Assembly (NCBI GenBank): GCA_964497915.1
Contig: CAZCFI010000002.1
Span: forward strand, 1 to 57,520
Direction of reading: 5' to 3'
Origin: an uncultured Thermoproteales archaeon
Lineage (GTDB): Archaea; Thermoproteota; Thermoprotei; Thermofilales; CAYSTQ01
Length of the DNA stretch: 57,520 bases
Shown: positions 36,273 through 45,489 of the stretch, piece by piece
How the letters are laid out: every line of letters starts with the position of its first letter
Numbering within the stretch: position 1 is the stretch's first letter
Made by a program: the position numbers and the translations under genes
The notes under the pieces: generated by a model
Database searches by the model: none
Seen by the model: the letters and a program-made list of their open reading frames with translations, nothing else
Told to the model about the DNA's origin: nothing

Positions 36273-39257
36273 CTAGGTCCTCTTGATGTACCCGGCTTTA
36301 GGCTCGTAGATCTCCCCCTCCCTGCGCAGGTGGTCCAGAGCTCTCTCGACGAACTCCTTGTCGAGGCCCTGGCTCGTCGCCTCGTCTATCAGCTCGCCCA
36401 CCCTGACCAGCCCGTCTCTGCTGCGCTCCTCAAGCTCCCTCAGGATCTCCATCAGCTTCACTAGCTTCTCGCGCTGGGACATGGGCTTGCCCGTCATCAC
36501 TATGTCTATGTCTATGGCCTCGGTCTCGACGTCGAGGCCGACGCTCTGGAGGAAGTACATCATGAGCTCTATCGCTGCCTCCGCGTCCCTCTCGGTGACC
36601 ACGCTGCTGAGGGCCATCTTCGCGTGGGCCTCCGCTAGCCTTATGAGGGCCTCGAGCTGCCTGGGCGTTATCGTGATGGGGGAGTTGGGGTTCTCGCTCT
36701 TGCTCCTCATCTCAGTGTAGAACTCTATGATCTTCTGCTTGGCCTCTTCGGTCAGCCTCGGGTGGACGTACTTCCTGGCGTAGGCTACGTACTTCCTTAA
36801 GAGCTGGGGTGGTATCACGCCCTTGAACGCCACCTCGTAGTCGCCGCTGTGGAGCCCGACCACGTGAGCTGCCAGCTTCCTGTCCTCCTCCGCGTTGGGC
36901 ACGTCGGTTATCACGAAGATCAGGTCAAACCTGGATAGTATGGTGGCTGGCAGGTCTATGTTCTCGGCTATGGTCCTGTAGCGCAGGTACCTGCCAAAGG
37001 CTGGGTTGGCGGCCGCCAGGATGGAGGCCCTGGCGTTGAGCGTGGCCACGATGCCAGCCTTGGCGATGCTCACCGTGTTGTGCAGCACCAAGCCGTGGGA
37101 GATGAAGTTGTGGTACGGCTCGACCGTGACGTCGTAGACCCATTTGGTTCTGCGCTCTCCGTCGTTGGGCACCACCCTGACGCCCACTACCCTCAGGGGT
37201 ATCAGCCTCGACCCCTCCCTCGAGCGCCCAGCCCCGGCCCCTGTCTCGCTAAGCGCCGTAGCTGCAGCGCTAGGCGCCCTCACGCCCCCTCCGCGCTCCG
37301 GGTCCTGCGCCCCGAGCACCTCCTCGCAGAACCTATCCAGGGACTCGTCAGCTACGCGGACTTCATACCCCTCAGCGCGCCTCCTTATGTTGGAGAGTAC
37401 GCCGAGCCTCAGGAGCAGGTCCTGGTAATCTTCAGCCAGCCCCCTGGACGGAGCGGTGAGGGCCGCGCCATCACGCCGAACCTCGCCGTGCTTCGCGAAG
37501 GCTGCCCTCAAGAACTCCCTGACCACCTCCCTGGGGCCCCCCAGCACCTCCCGGGGCACCCTCCCCTCGCCGGGGCGCGGCGCGGGCACTGGGGGATCCT
37601 CGCCGCGGCGCTCGAGCGGCAGCTCCCCCACGCCTGGGACCATGTCGCCCACCTTGACCTCGATCGCCGGGACTGTGGCCAGCCTGCCCTCCCTGAGGAC
37701 GAAGACTGGGTGCTCTGGCGTGACCAGCACCCGCCTGCCGTTCGAGAACTCTATCTCAACGAACTCGTCAGGCGCCACGTGCCTGCTCACTCTGTCGACC
37801 CTGACCCTCCTCAGCTCCAGGCTATCGAGGTCCAGCGCCAGCACCTCTATGGGCTCCCTAAGCGGCAGTATCTGGCACCTGATGCCGTTTACGACATTAG
37901 ACCGGTGCCTCTCCATGAGCTCGTCGACGAGCCTCCCCATCTCGACCTTGGTCCCGTCGGCTAGCAGCACCTCCACCGAGGGGTGGTAGGACTGCTGCTC
38001 CATCGCCTCGTGTATGCTGACTCTGTCTCTAGGGTCCATCTTGTCGAACTCGTCTATGCACGCCACTCCGCCGTCGGCCAGGACCAGCGCGCCAGCCTCG
38101 AGGTAGAAGTCGCCAGTGCTCTTCTCCCTCACGACAGCGGCCGTCAGGCCGGCGGCCGTCGAGCCCTTGCCCGTCGTGTATATCCCGCGGGGGGCTATGG
38201 AGGCCACGTACCTGAGTATCTGGGACTTGCCCACTCCCGGGTCGCCCACCAGGAGTATGTGTATGTCCCCGCGCACCCTGACGCCGTCTGGGAACACCTT
38301 GGGCTCGCCGCCGAACAGCAGGCACGCTATCGCCTCCTTTATCTTCTCATAGCCGTGGATGGAGGGGGCTATGGAGGCCACGATCTTCTCCCTTATGTAC
38401 GGATCCTTGCTGAGCTCCAGGATGACCTTCTCGTCCTCCGGCGTTATCTCGACGTCGTAGGCCTCCTTGCTGGACACGTCCACGTAGTTGGCGTCGATGT
38501 AAACCTTGAAGAGTGGCGCCGCCTCCCTCCTCGCCCCCTCCCTCTTGACGCACAGGATGCCCGTCACAGCAGCCCTGTCGCCTGGCCTGACGACGTCAAC
38601 CAGGTCCTCCTTAAGGACGACCTCTATCGACCTCGGGAGCTGCCCCGGCGGCAGCTCCTCAGGCCTCTCCTGGAGGACGAGCTTCTGCCAGTCTATGAAC
38701 TTGCTCTTCTCTGGCACGAGCCTGAAGGAGGGCTTCCTCTTCTCCTTAGAGCAGTTGGGGCACGCCGGGGGCATCGCGAGTCCCTCCTCGCTCTGGGGGA
38801 CTCGGACCTCCTCGCCGCACCTAGTGCACTTGAAGACCGCCTCGACTAGCTGCTGCTTGACGGGGGACATCCTGGTCACTATCCCCTCCACTACTATCAG
38901 CTTCCCTATGTGAGCTGACCTGACCCCCCTGAGCGGTATCGCGTTCGGCACGCCCCTGAACCTGGCGGTGAACCTCTCGTAGAGCTCGGCGTACTCCCTG
39001 TTCTCGACCATCATGACCTCCCTGACGGCCATCGAGGCCTCCTCTATGACGCGCCTAGGCTCGTCGACCAGCATCGACGCGACCTCCCTGCTGTAGGAGA
39101 GGAGGTCGTCGAAGTCCACGACGAGGGACCTCTGCTTATAGATCGGCATCTGGGCGATCCTAGCCCTGTACTTGTACTCGCCGTCGGACGTCTGGAAGGT
39201 CTTGAAGAACTCCACGAAGAAGTCCTTGAGCGTGGGGCCGGGCGCCACCTCACCCAT
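36273..39257 (-). CDS. mcm: Replicative helicase MCM, interrupted by one in-frame intein
   Basis: Zn ribbon CTRCG...CPNC, Walker A GDPGVGKS, Walker B CIDEFDKM. HEAMEQQ is followed by a 305-aa insert and then TVSIAKAGIVATLNAR. The extein totals 689 aa. Confidence 0.97.
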   Translation of the reverse strand: MGEVAPGPTLKDFFVEFFKTFQTSDGEYKYRARIAQMPIYKQRSLVVDFDDLLSYSREVASMLVDEPRRVIEEASMAVREVMMVENREYAELYERFTARFRGVPNAIPLRGVRSAHIGKLIVVEGIVTRMSPVKQQLVEAVFKCTRCGEEVRVPQSEEGLAMPPACPNCSKEKRKPSFRLVPEKSKFIDWQKLVLQERPEELPPGQLPRSIEVVLKEDLVDVVRPGDRAAVTGILCVKREGARREAAPLFKVYIDANYVDVSSKEAYDVEITPEDEKVILELSKDPYIREKIVASIAPSIHGYEKIKEAIACLLFGGEPKVFPDGVRVRGDIHILLVGDPGVGKSQILRYVASIAPRGIYTTGKGSTAAGLTAAVVREKSTGDFYLEAGALVLADGGVACIDEFDKMDPRDRVSIHEAMEQQSYHPSVEVLLADGTKVEMGRLVDELMERHRSNVVNGIRCQILPLREPIEVLALDLDSLELRRVRVDRVSRHVAPDEFVEIEFSNGRRVLVTPEHPVFVLREGRLATVPAIEVKVGDMVPGVGELPLERRGEDPPVPAPRPGEGRVPREVLGGPREVVREFLRAAFAKHGEVRRDGAALTAPSRGLAEDYQDLLLRLGVLSNIRRRAEGYEVRVADESLDRFCEEVLGAQDPERGGGVRAPSAAATALSETGAGAGRSREGSRLIPLRVVGVRVVPNDGERRTKWVYDVTVEPYHNFISHGLVLHNTVSIAKAGIVATLNARASILAAANPAFGRYLRYRTIAENIDLPATILSRFDLIFVITDVPNAEEDRKLAAHVVGLHSGDYEVAFKGVIPPQLLRKYVAYARKYVHPRLTEEAKQKIIEFYTEMRSKSENPNSPITITPRQLEALIRLAEAHAKMALSSVVTERDAEAAIELMMYFLQSVGLDVETEAIDIDIVMTGKPMSQREKLVKLMEILRELEERSRDGLVRVGELIDEATSQGLDKEFVERALDHLRREGEIYEPKAGYIKRT
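37077..37991 (-). mobile_element. Intein in MCM (305 aa; Ser1 ... His-Asn / Thr+1) with a degenerate LAGLIDADG-like middle domain
   Basis: Block A SYHPSVEVLLADG, block B LVTPEHPVFV, blocks F/G WVYDVTVEPYHNFISHGLVLHN followed by T. The central FLRAAFAKHGEV...LAEDYQDLLLRLGVLSNI resembles a single decayed LAGLIDADG motif lacking the acidic residues. Confidence 0.85.
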
Positions 39258-39843
39258 AGGCCACGCCCTCCACCACCCTCCTCATGTGCTCCAGCCAGGA
39301 GCCCACGACCTCGCACACCGCGAGGTAGAGCGCCTCCTCCTCTAGGGCTAGGTTGCTCAGCAGCTCTTTAGAGGGCTTGGGGTCGGAGACCGCCGCCCTC
39401 ACGATCTTCTGGAGCCTGCTCCTGACTATGTCCATGAGGACGGCCTTCACGAACCTAAGCCTCCTCTCGGCCTCCTCGCCCTCTGAGCTCAGGCTGCGCA
39501 CGAGCAGGTAGGCGCGGACGTAGAACTCCTTGTCCACGCGCTGGAGCTCGTCGCTCTTGGTCTCGAGCCACGCCAGCCTGTTTATCTCCGAGAGCGTCGG
39601 CAGCGCTGAGGCGTCAGGCCTGGCCGCGCCAGACTCCATCAGGGACAGTGCGAGCTTGAGGGGTACCCTAGCCCGGCCGCCCTTCGGCACCCGCCCTATC
39701 CTGCGACCCAAGTACTCGAGCTCGCCTATGTCAGCTAGCGCCTCTAGGGAGACCTGGGACGAGTACGGCACGCTCCTGAGCCTAGAGATCATAGTCGACA
39801 TGCTCGCCCCCGACTGGTCGAGCCGGCCCGACCCGGCCATCAC
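39250..39843 (-). CDS. GINS subunit (Gins23-like), co-operonic with mcm
   Basis: 197-aa helical protein overlapping the mcm start by 8 nt, the arrangement known from Sulfolobus gins23-mcm. Contains ELQRVDKEFYVRAYLL. The family call rests mainly on synteny. Confidence 0.65.
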   Translation of the reverse strand: MMAGSGRLDQSGASMSTMISRLRSVPYSSQVSLEALADIGELEYLGRRIGRVPKGGRARVPLKLALSLMESGAARPDASALPTLSEINRLAWLETKSDELQRVDKEFYVRAYLLVRSLSSEGEEAERRLRFVKAVLMDIVRSRLQKIVRAAVSDPKPSKELLSNLALEEEALYLAVCEVVGSWLEHMRRVVEGVAYG

Positions 39844-39962
39844 ATCCGACGCCTTAGATACTTCAATATCACTCAGCGGGCGGTCGATATTGCGACGTGA
39901 TACACTGAAGTTATGCGTGTATAGAAGTTCCCTAAAGAGGGGGGTGAAAGTGTCGACCCGCC

Positions 39963-39967
39963 AAAAA
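39963..39967 (-). terminator. T5 tract just downstream of rps28e
   Basis: Minus-sense 'gcagctttttggc' begins 8 nt after the rps28e stop. Archaeal terminators are oligo-T tracts. Confidence 0.35.
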
Positions 39968-39975
39968 GCTGCCTG

Positions 39976-40212
39976 CTACCTGGGAGTGATCTTCCTGGCC
40001 TCTCTCTCAGTCTCGCGCAGCATCAGTATGTCGCCTATCCTCACGGGCCCCTTGACGTTCCTCGTCAGTATCCTGCCCTTGTCCTTGCCCTCGAGTATCC
40101 TGCACCTGACCTGGATCACCTCGCCGCAGACCCCAGTCCTCCCTATGATCTGGATGACCTCGGCTGGTGTGGCCCCCAGCTCCTCCACTATGGACTTGCC
40201 CTCGCCGCTCAT
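39976..40212 (-). CDS. rps28e: 30S ribosomal protein S28e
   Basis: [59 protein letters not shown]. Confidence 0.95.
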   Translation of the reverse strand: MSGEGKSIVEELGATPAEVIQIIGRTGVCGEVIQVRCRILEGKDKGRILTRNVKGPVRIGDILMLRETEREARKITPR

Positions 40213-40254
40213 GGTCCCACGCTAGGTGAGCGCCCCCGCCTCTTAAGCGTTACG

Positions 40255-40653
40255 CTACTTGCCGACCCCAGCCTTGACCTTTATCTCCGTGACCTCTTTG
40301 ATTATCTCCTCGACGAGGTCCTTAGCCTCGCCGGGGTCTATGATGCACGCGGACGCCGCGGCGACCTCTATCCCAGCCGCCTTCCCCAGCTGAGCCTTGG
40401 AGGGGACGTAGACGTAGGGTATCTTCTTCTCCTCGCAGAGCAGGGGTAGGTGGGCGACGATCTCGGGTGGGTCCACGTCCTCAGCTATGAGGACGAGCTT
40501 CGCCAGCCCCCTCTCCACGGCCTTGGTGGTCTCGTTCGTGCCCTTCTTTATCTTGCCGCCAGTCTCCCTAGCCTTGCTCAGAGCCTCGTACGCCTTCTTA
40601 GCCAGCTCCTCGGGGACCTCGAACCTAACGTAAAACGGCTTGCTGCTCGACAT
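40255..40653 (-). CDS. rpl7ae: 50S ribosomal protein L7Ae (K-turn binding)
   Basis: [19 protein letters not shown]...[48 protein letters not shown]. Confidence 0.97.
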   Translation of the reverse strand: MSSSKPFYVRFEVPEELAKKAYEALSKARETGGKIKKGTNETTKAVERGLAKLVLIAEDVDPPEIVAHLPLLCEEKKIPYVYVPSKAQLGKAAGIEVAAASACIIDPGEAKDLVEEIIKEVTEIKVKAGVGK

Positions 40654-40793
40654 GCTCCTCCCTCATCCTTCCGTCGCTCATTAGGCCTCTAGTAATAGTG
40701 ATAGCCGCAATTTAAATCTTGCCGAGCTTAAAGTGAGCGCAAAGCTTAAAATACCAGACCATCGCTTGTAGACCTGCTAGGGAGGTGCTGGCA

Positions 40794-40988
40794 GTGCCCC
40801 GCAGGTACACCTGCGCGTTCTGCGGCAGGGAGATAGAGCCCGGGACCGGGATGATGTACGTCAAGAACGACGGGACGATTTACAGGTTCTGCTCGAGGAA
40901 GTGCATGGTCAGCATGCTAAGGTTCGGCAGGGATCCCAGGAAGCTAAAGTGGACGTTGAAGTACGTGAAGGGCGGCATGAGGAAGTGA
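40794..40988 (+). CDS. rpl24e: 50S ribosomal protein L24e
   Basis: (V)[39 protein letters not shown] 40794 sits 7 nt after GGAGGTG and is preferred over GTG 40785. Confidence 0.9.
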   Translation: MPRRYTCAFCGREIEPGTGMMYVKNDGTIYRFCSRKCMVSMLRFGRDPRKLKWTLKYVKGGMRK

Positions 40989-41028
40989 CCTAGACTTAGG
41001 CAAACGCAGTCTTGCCTCTGCTCAGAAC

Positions 41029-41036
41029 ATTTATAG
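41029..41036 (+). promoter_or_regulatory. TATA box upstream of aIF5B
   Basis: 'atttatag' lies about 33 nt upstream of ATG 41069. Confidence 0.4.
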
Positions 41037-41068
41037 GGGCGCCCCCCCGTTACTACTAGGGGCTCGTC

Positions 41069-42841
41069 ATGAAGGAGAGCATTAGGGCCCTCATCACCGT
41101 CGTCTTGGGCCACGTAGACGTGGGGAAGACAGCCCTCCTCGACAAGATAAGGGGCACGGCCGTCATGCTCAGGGAGCCGGGGACTATGACCCAGCACATC
41201 GGGGCCTCGTTCCTGCCCTGGAGCGCTCTGGAGAAGATGGGCGAGCGCCTGTCCATGAGGATAGCCAGGCGCGTCAAGATACCCGGGATCCTGGTCATAG
41301 ACACCCCGGGGCACGAGGCCTTCGCCAACCTCAGGAGGAGGGGCGGCAGCATAGCCGACATAGCGATACTCGTGGTCGACATCAACGAGGGATTTGAGGA
41401 GCAGACGTACGAGGCCATAGACATCCTCAGGAGCAGGAGGACCCCCTTCCTAGTGGCGGCGAACAAGATTGACAAGATACCGGGCTGGAAGCCCCACGAG
41501 GGCGCGCCGTTCGTCGAGACGATAAAGAGGCAGGACCCAGCCGTGGTCGGCAGGCTCGAGGAGCTGCTGTACAACCTGATCTCAGAGTTCCTGAAGCTGG
41601 GCTTCAGGGCTGACAGGTACGACAGGGTCTCAGACTTCACCAGGACGGTCGCGATAGTCCCGACTAGCGCCCTGACGGGCGAGGGGATACCAGATCTGCT
41701 CCTCGTCCTAGCGGGCCTAGCTCAGCGCTACATGATCGACAGGCTGAAGGTGTCCTCAGGCGCTGGCAGGGGCGTGATTCTGGAGGTCAAGGAGGAGCTA
41801 GGGCTGGGAACTACGGTAGACGTCATCCTCTACGACGGCGTCATAAGGAGGGGCGACACGATAGTCGTCGGTGGCGTGGGCGAGCCGATAGTGACCAGGG
41901 TCAAGGCCCTACTGATGCCCAAGCCCCTGGACGAGATGCGCTCCCCCGAGGACAGGTTCCTCCAGGTCGAGGAGGTGAGGGCAGCGGCTGGCGTCAAGAT
42001 AGTGGCGTCTGGCCTTGAGGGTGCCCTAGCGGGCGCGCCGGTAGTGGTGGTGCCGGAGGGCGCTGACGTTGAGCGAGCGAAGAGGGAGGTCAGCGAGGAC
42101 GTGGCCTCGATAAGGAGGGTCAGGAGGAGCGTCGGCGTGGTGGTGAAGGCCGACACCTTAGGGACGCTCGAGGCGCTCACCGACTACCTGGAGAGGCGCG
42201 GGGTGCCAGTCAAGTACGGGGACATAGGCCCCGTCGTCAAGAGGGACGTCGTCGAGGCCTCGATAGTCAAGCAGAGCGACAAGCGGTACGGAGCAATCTT
42301 GGCCTTTAACGTCAAGGTGGCGCCGGACGCCGACGACCTGGCCAAGAAGTACGGCATCAGGATCTTCAGGAGCAACGTGATATACAGGCTGGTCGAGGAG
42401 TACCAGGACTGGCTGAGGTTCGAGGAGGAGAGGGAGAGGAGGGCCTTGCTCTCGAAGCTGATCATGCCTGGCGTCGTGAGGGTGCTGCCCGGCTACGTCT
42501 TCAGGAGGAGCAACCCCGCGATAGTGGGCGTTGAGGTGCTCGTGGGCAGGATAAGGAGCGGCTACCCGCTCGTCACCGCCAAGGGCAAGAGGGTCGGCGA
42601 GGTAATGCAGATACAGCAGCATGGGAAGCCGCTCAAGGAGGCGGAGGCGGGCAGAGCCGTCGCCATATCAATAAGGGGCAACGTCATAGTCGGCAGGCAC
42701 ATCAAGGAGGGAGACCTGCTGTACGTGGACGTGCCGTTGGACCACATAAACCTGCTCCTGACCAAGTTCAAGAGCGAGCTGACGGGCGACGAGATCGAGG
42801 TTCTCAAGGAGCTGAGGCTCAGGAAGCTCCAGCAGGGCTAG
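41069..42841 (+). CDS. infB: Translation initiation factor aIF5B (IF-2)
   Basis: VVLGHVDVGKTALLDKIRGT...DTPGHEAF...ANKIDK. 590 aa. Confidence 0.95.
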   Translation: MKESIRALITVVLGHVDVGKTALLDKIRGTAVMLREPGTMTQHIGASFLPWSALEKMGERLSMRIARRVKIPGILVIDTPGHEAFANLRRRGGSIADIAILVVDINEGFEEQTYEAIDILRSRRTPFLVAANKIDKIPGWKPHEGAPFVETIKRQDPAVVGRLEELLYNLISEFLKLGFRADRYDRVSDFTRTVAIVPTSALTGEGIPDLLLVLAGLAQRYMIDRLKVSSGAGRGVILEVKEELGLGTTVDVILYDGVIRRGDTIVVGGVGEPIVTRVKALLMPKPLDEMRSPEDRFLQVEEVRAAAGVKIVASGLEGALAGAPVVVVPEGADVERAKREVSEDVASIRRVRRSVGVVVKADTLGTLEALTDYLERRGVPVKYGDIGPVVKRDVVEASIVKQSDKRYGAILAFNVKVAPDADDLAKKYGIRIFRSNVIYRLVEEYQDWLRFEEERERRALLSKLIMPGVVRVLPGYVFRRSNPAIVGVEVLVGRIRSGYPLVTAKGKRVGEVMQIQQHGKPLKEAEAGRAVAISIRGNVIVGRHIKEGDLLYVDVPLDHINLLLTKFKSELTGDEIEVLKELRLRKLQQG

Positions 42842-42887
42842 CCCGAAAATCTATTTATTGGGGACGCGTTGACACATAGGGGGTCGC

Positions 42888-43265
42888 ATGCCAGAGTTCA
42901 AGGTCGTCATCTCTGACCCCAAGACTGGAACTGCGAGGCAGGTGGAGGTCAGGGGCGCTAAGGCGCAGGCCCTCATAGGGCTTAAGATAGGGGACGTGGT
43001 CGACGGGTCCATCGTGGGCATGCCCAACGTCAAGCTGGTGATAACCGGCGGCTCAGGAATCTCGGGGGAGCCCATGAGGCCTGACCTCCCCGGTGGTGCG
43101 AAGAGGAGGCTCCTGCTCTCCGGCCCCCCCGGCTACCACCCCCCGAGGAAGGGCATGAGGAAGAGGAAGCTCGTGCGCGGCAACACCATAACTGAGGAGG
43201 TCGTGCAGATAAACATGAAGGTACTCTACGAGGAGGGGGGAGGCAGTGGGGGTGGAGGAGGCTAG
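42888..43265 (+). CDS. rps6e: 30S ribosomal protein S6e
   Basis: MPEFKVVISDPKTGTARQVEV...GMRKRKLVRGNTI. Gly-rich C-terminal tail overlaps the next gene's start. Confidence 0.95.
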   Translation: MPEFKVVISDPKTGTARQVEVRGAKAQALIGLKIGDVVDGSIVGMPNVKLVITGGSGISGEPMRPDLPGGAKRRLLLSGPPGYHPPRKGMRKRKLVRGNTITEEVVQINMKVLYEEGGGSGGGGG

Positions 43266-44505
43266 GAGGCTCCAGCCGCTAATAAACATAGGGACGGCTG
43301 GCCACGTAGACCACGGCAAGACGACGCTAGTGGAGGCCCTCACTGGCGTCTGGGCTGCTAGGCACTCTGAGGAGCTGAAGAGGGGCATCACCCTGAAGCT
43401 GGGGTACGCTGAGACTGCGGTGTACAAGTGCCCCAACTGCCCGCCCCCGCAGTGCTACTACACCAAGGCCCTGGCTCCGGACGGGAAGTGCAAGTACTGC
43501 GGCTCTGAGCTCGAGTTCCAGAGGTACCTGTCGTTCGTCGACGTCCCAGGGCACGAGATGCTGATGGCCATAATGCTGGCCGGAGCCACGATAATGGACG
43601 GCGTGGTGATGGTAATTGACGCCACTCAGCCGTGCCCCCAGCCCCAGACCAGGGAGCACTTCATGGCGATAACAATAATCGGCGTAAGGAGGATGGTCGT
43701 GGTTCAGAACAAGATAGACGTGGCGACTAGAGAGGAGGTGCTTAGGAACTATGAGGAGATCAAGAACTTCCTAAGGGGCACGTGGGCCGAGGGCTCCCCG
43801 ATAATCCCGGTCTCGGCGCTGCACAAGGTCAACGTTGACGTGGTCATAGAGGCGATAGAGAAGCTCATGCCGAGCCCGCAGAGGGACCCAGCGAAGCCGC
43901 CGAGGATGCTGGTTGCCAGATCCTTTGACGTTAACAGGCCCGGCACCCCACCTGACAAGCTGCAGGGCGGCGTCATAGGCGGCACGATAGTGCAGGGGAA
44001 GTTCAGGGTGGGGGACGAGATAGAGATCAGGCCCGGCCTCAGGATATCGGAGAGGGGCAAGGTCAAGTGCGTACCGCTGTTCACCGAGATCGCAAGCCTA
44101 AAGTCTGGCGATAGGATGCTCGAGGAGGCTTACCCTGGCGGCCTCATAGGCGTGGGCACGCTGCTAGACCCCAGCATAACCAAGGCTGATGGCCTCATGG
44201 GCTGCGTCGTTGGCAAGCCAGGCACGCTTCCACCGGTATGGGACGAGTTCGCCCTAGAGGTGCACTTGATGGAGAGGGCCGTGGGGACGCCGGATCTCGT
44301 GAGAGTCGAGCCGCTCGAGCGCGGGGAGGTTATAGCGCTCAACGTGGGGACCGCCGCCACCCTGGGGACCGTGACCAGGGCTGGCAGGGACGAGGCTGAG
44401 GTTAGGCTGAGCATACCAGTGTGCGCTGAGGAGGGCTCCAGAGTGGCCATAAGCAGGAGGATCCATGGGCGCTGGAGGCTCATAGGCTACGGCCTGATAG
44501 AGTGA
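43246..44505 (+). CDS. eif2g: Translation initiation factor aIF2 gamma subunit
   Basis: [23 protein letters not shown]...zinc knuckle CPNC...CKYCG...DVPGHE...QNKID. Confidence 0.95.
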   Translation: MGVEEARRLQPLINIGTAGHVDHGKTTLVEALTGVWAARHSEELKRGITLKLGYAETAVYKCPNCPPPQCYYTKALAPDGKCKYCGSELEFQRYLSFVDVPGHEMLMAIMLAGATIMDGVVMVIDATQPCPQPQTREHFMAITIIGVRRMVVVQNKIDVATREEVLRNYEEIKNFLRGTWAEGSPIIPVSALHKVNVDVVIEAIEKLMPSPQRDPAKPPRMLVARSFDVNRPGTPPDKLQGGVIGGTIVQGKFRVGDEIEIRPGLRISERGKVKCVPLFTEIASLKSGDRMLEEAYPGGLIGVGTLLDPSITKADGLMGCVVGKPGTLPPVWDEFALEVHLMERAVGTPDLVRVEPLERGEVIALNVGTAATLGTVTRAGRDEAEVRLSIPVCAEEGSRVAISRRIHGRWRLIGYGLIE

Positions 44506-44682
44506 CGCTATCCTCGTCGCAGGGGCTGGTTCCGCGAGCTGCTCCCTGTCGCGCGAGGCTCACTCCCAACCGACGGCCCGGCGGCAAGCCCCCGCATTCT
44601 CGCAGGCGATGCCTGCTAGGAGGTAGGCCCAGCGGACGTAGCAGAAGCAGACATCAAGAGGGCAGCGCTGTAGGCGCGGGCC

Positions 44683-45405
44683 TTAGAGCCCGACAAGCAC
44701 GGACACCAGCATCGTTATGAGGTACGCGACGAAGCCCGCCACGGCCGCCTTAGGCCACGAGAGCTTGGTAGCGGTGCGCGCTATGACGGCGTAGAGCACC
44801 ATGGACCACAGGTTGAAGAACCAGTGGTACACCCTCTTCGGGCCGAGCCACTCCCTGTGGAGGTTGAGGAGGAGGTCTAGGCCTAAGCTCGCCTGGAGCT
44901 CCCTCTTGAGCTCCCTCATTGGCGTGACCACAACGTTGGGCATGTTGCTCATGACCACGGCGGTGTACGCTAAGTCGACGATCGACAGCATGAGCTGAAT
45001 CACGAAGACGTACCCTATGGCTGAGAAGAGCGTGTAGCTGTCCACGTCGCCTCCGAGGATCTTAGATAGCACCCATAGCAGGACGAAGAGGAGTACCCAC
45101 ACCATGATCATTGAGAACACCCTCCACGCTAGCAGGACGTGAGCCACATCCATGACAGTCACCATCCTGACGAGCTCGCCGCCCTCGACCTCCACCACGC
45201 GCGAGAACACCACGTCATACTGCGCGAGCGATATGAGGGCACAGAGGGCTATCAGGAAGAGGGGGCCTAGGAAGTCGGGGGAGCTGCATATCTCCTCGTA
45301 CGCCGTGACTGGCAGCACGCATATCTTGAGCGCCCTGACGAGGGCGGCGGCGAGCCTGCGCGCGACGCTAAGTGCGGCTGACACGCACTCTGAGACCGCG
45401 CCCAC
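44683..45405 (-). CDS. Integral membrane protein (Yip1-domain-like, tentative)
   Basis: 240 aa with about 5 hydrophobic segments. The family guess comes from topology only. Confidence 0.55.
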   Translation of the reverse strand: MGAVSECVSAALSVARRLAAALVRALKICVLPVTAYEEICSSPDFLGPLFLIALCALISLAQYDVVFSRVVEVEGGELVRMVTVMDVAHVLLAWRVFSMIMVWVLLFVLLWVLSKILGGDVDSYTLFSAIGYVFVIQLMLSIVDLAYTAVVMSNMPNVVVTPMRELKRELQASLGLDLLLNLHREWLGPKRVYHWFFNLWSMVLYAVIARTATKLSWPKAAVAGFVAYLITMLVSVLVGL

Positions 45406-45489
45406 GGGGCACCCCCCTTCGTGTCACACACTCAAATGCGCCGGACTACTTAAAAGTCTTGAGGGGCAGTATAAAGGCGGGACTACCGC

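Noticed and set aside
39844-39975. Possible replication origin or ORB elements in the AT-richer gap upstream of gins-mcm (inverted repeat ATACAC 39900..39905 / GTGTAT 39917..39922).
   Set aside because: There is only one 6-bp inverted repeat in a 130-bp gap, no ORB/mini-ORB-like repeats that I could recognise, and no orc1/cdc6 or whiP neighbour. A terminator for rps28e plus the gins promoter adequately explains the region.
43237-43262. G-rich tract (gaggggggaggcagtgggggtggaggagg) as a G-quadruplex or slippery site at the rps6e/aIF2-gamma junction.
   Set aside because: There are not four runs of three or more G with short loops. The tract is explained by the Gly-rich S6e tail and a purine-rich ribosome-binding region for the overlapping aIF2-gamma start.
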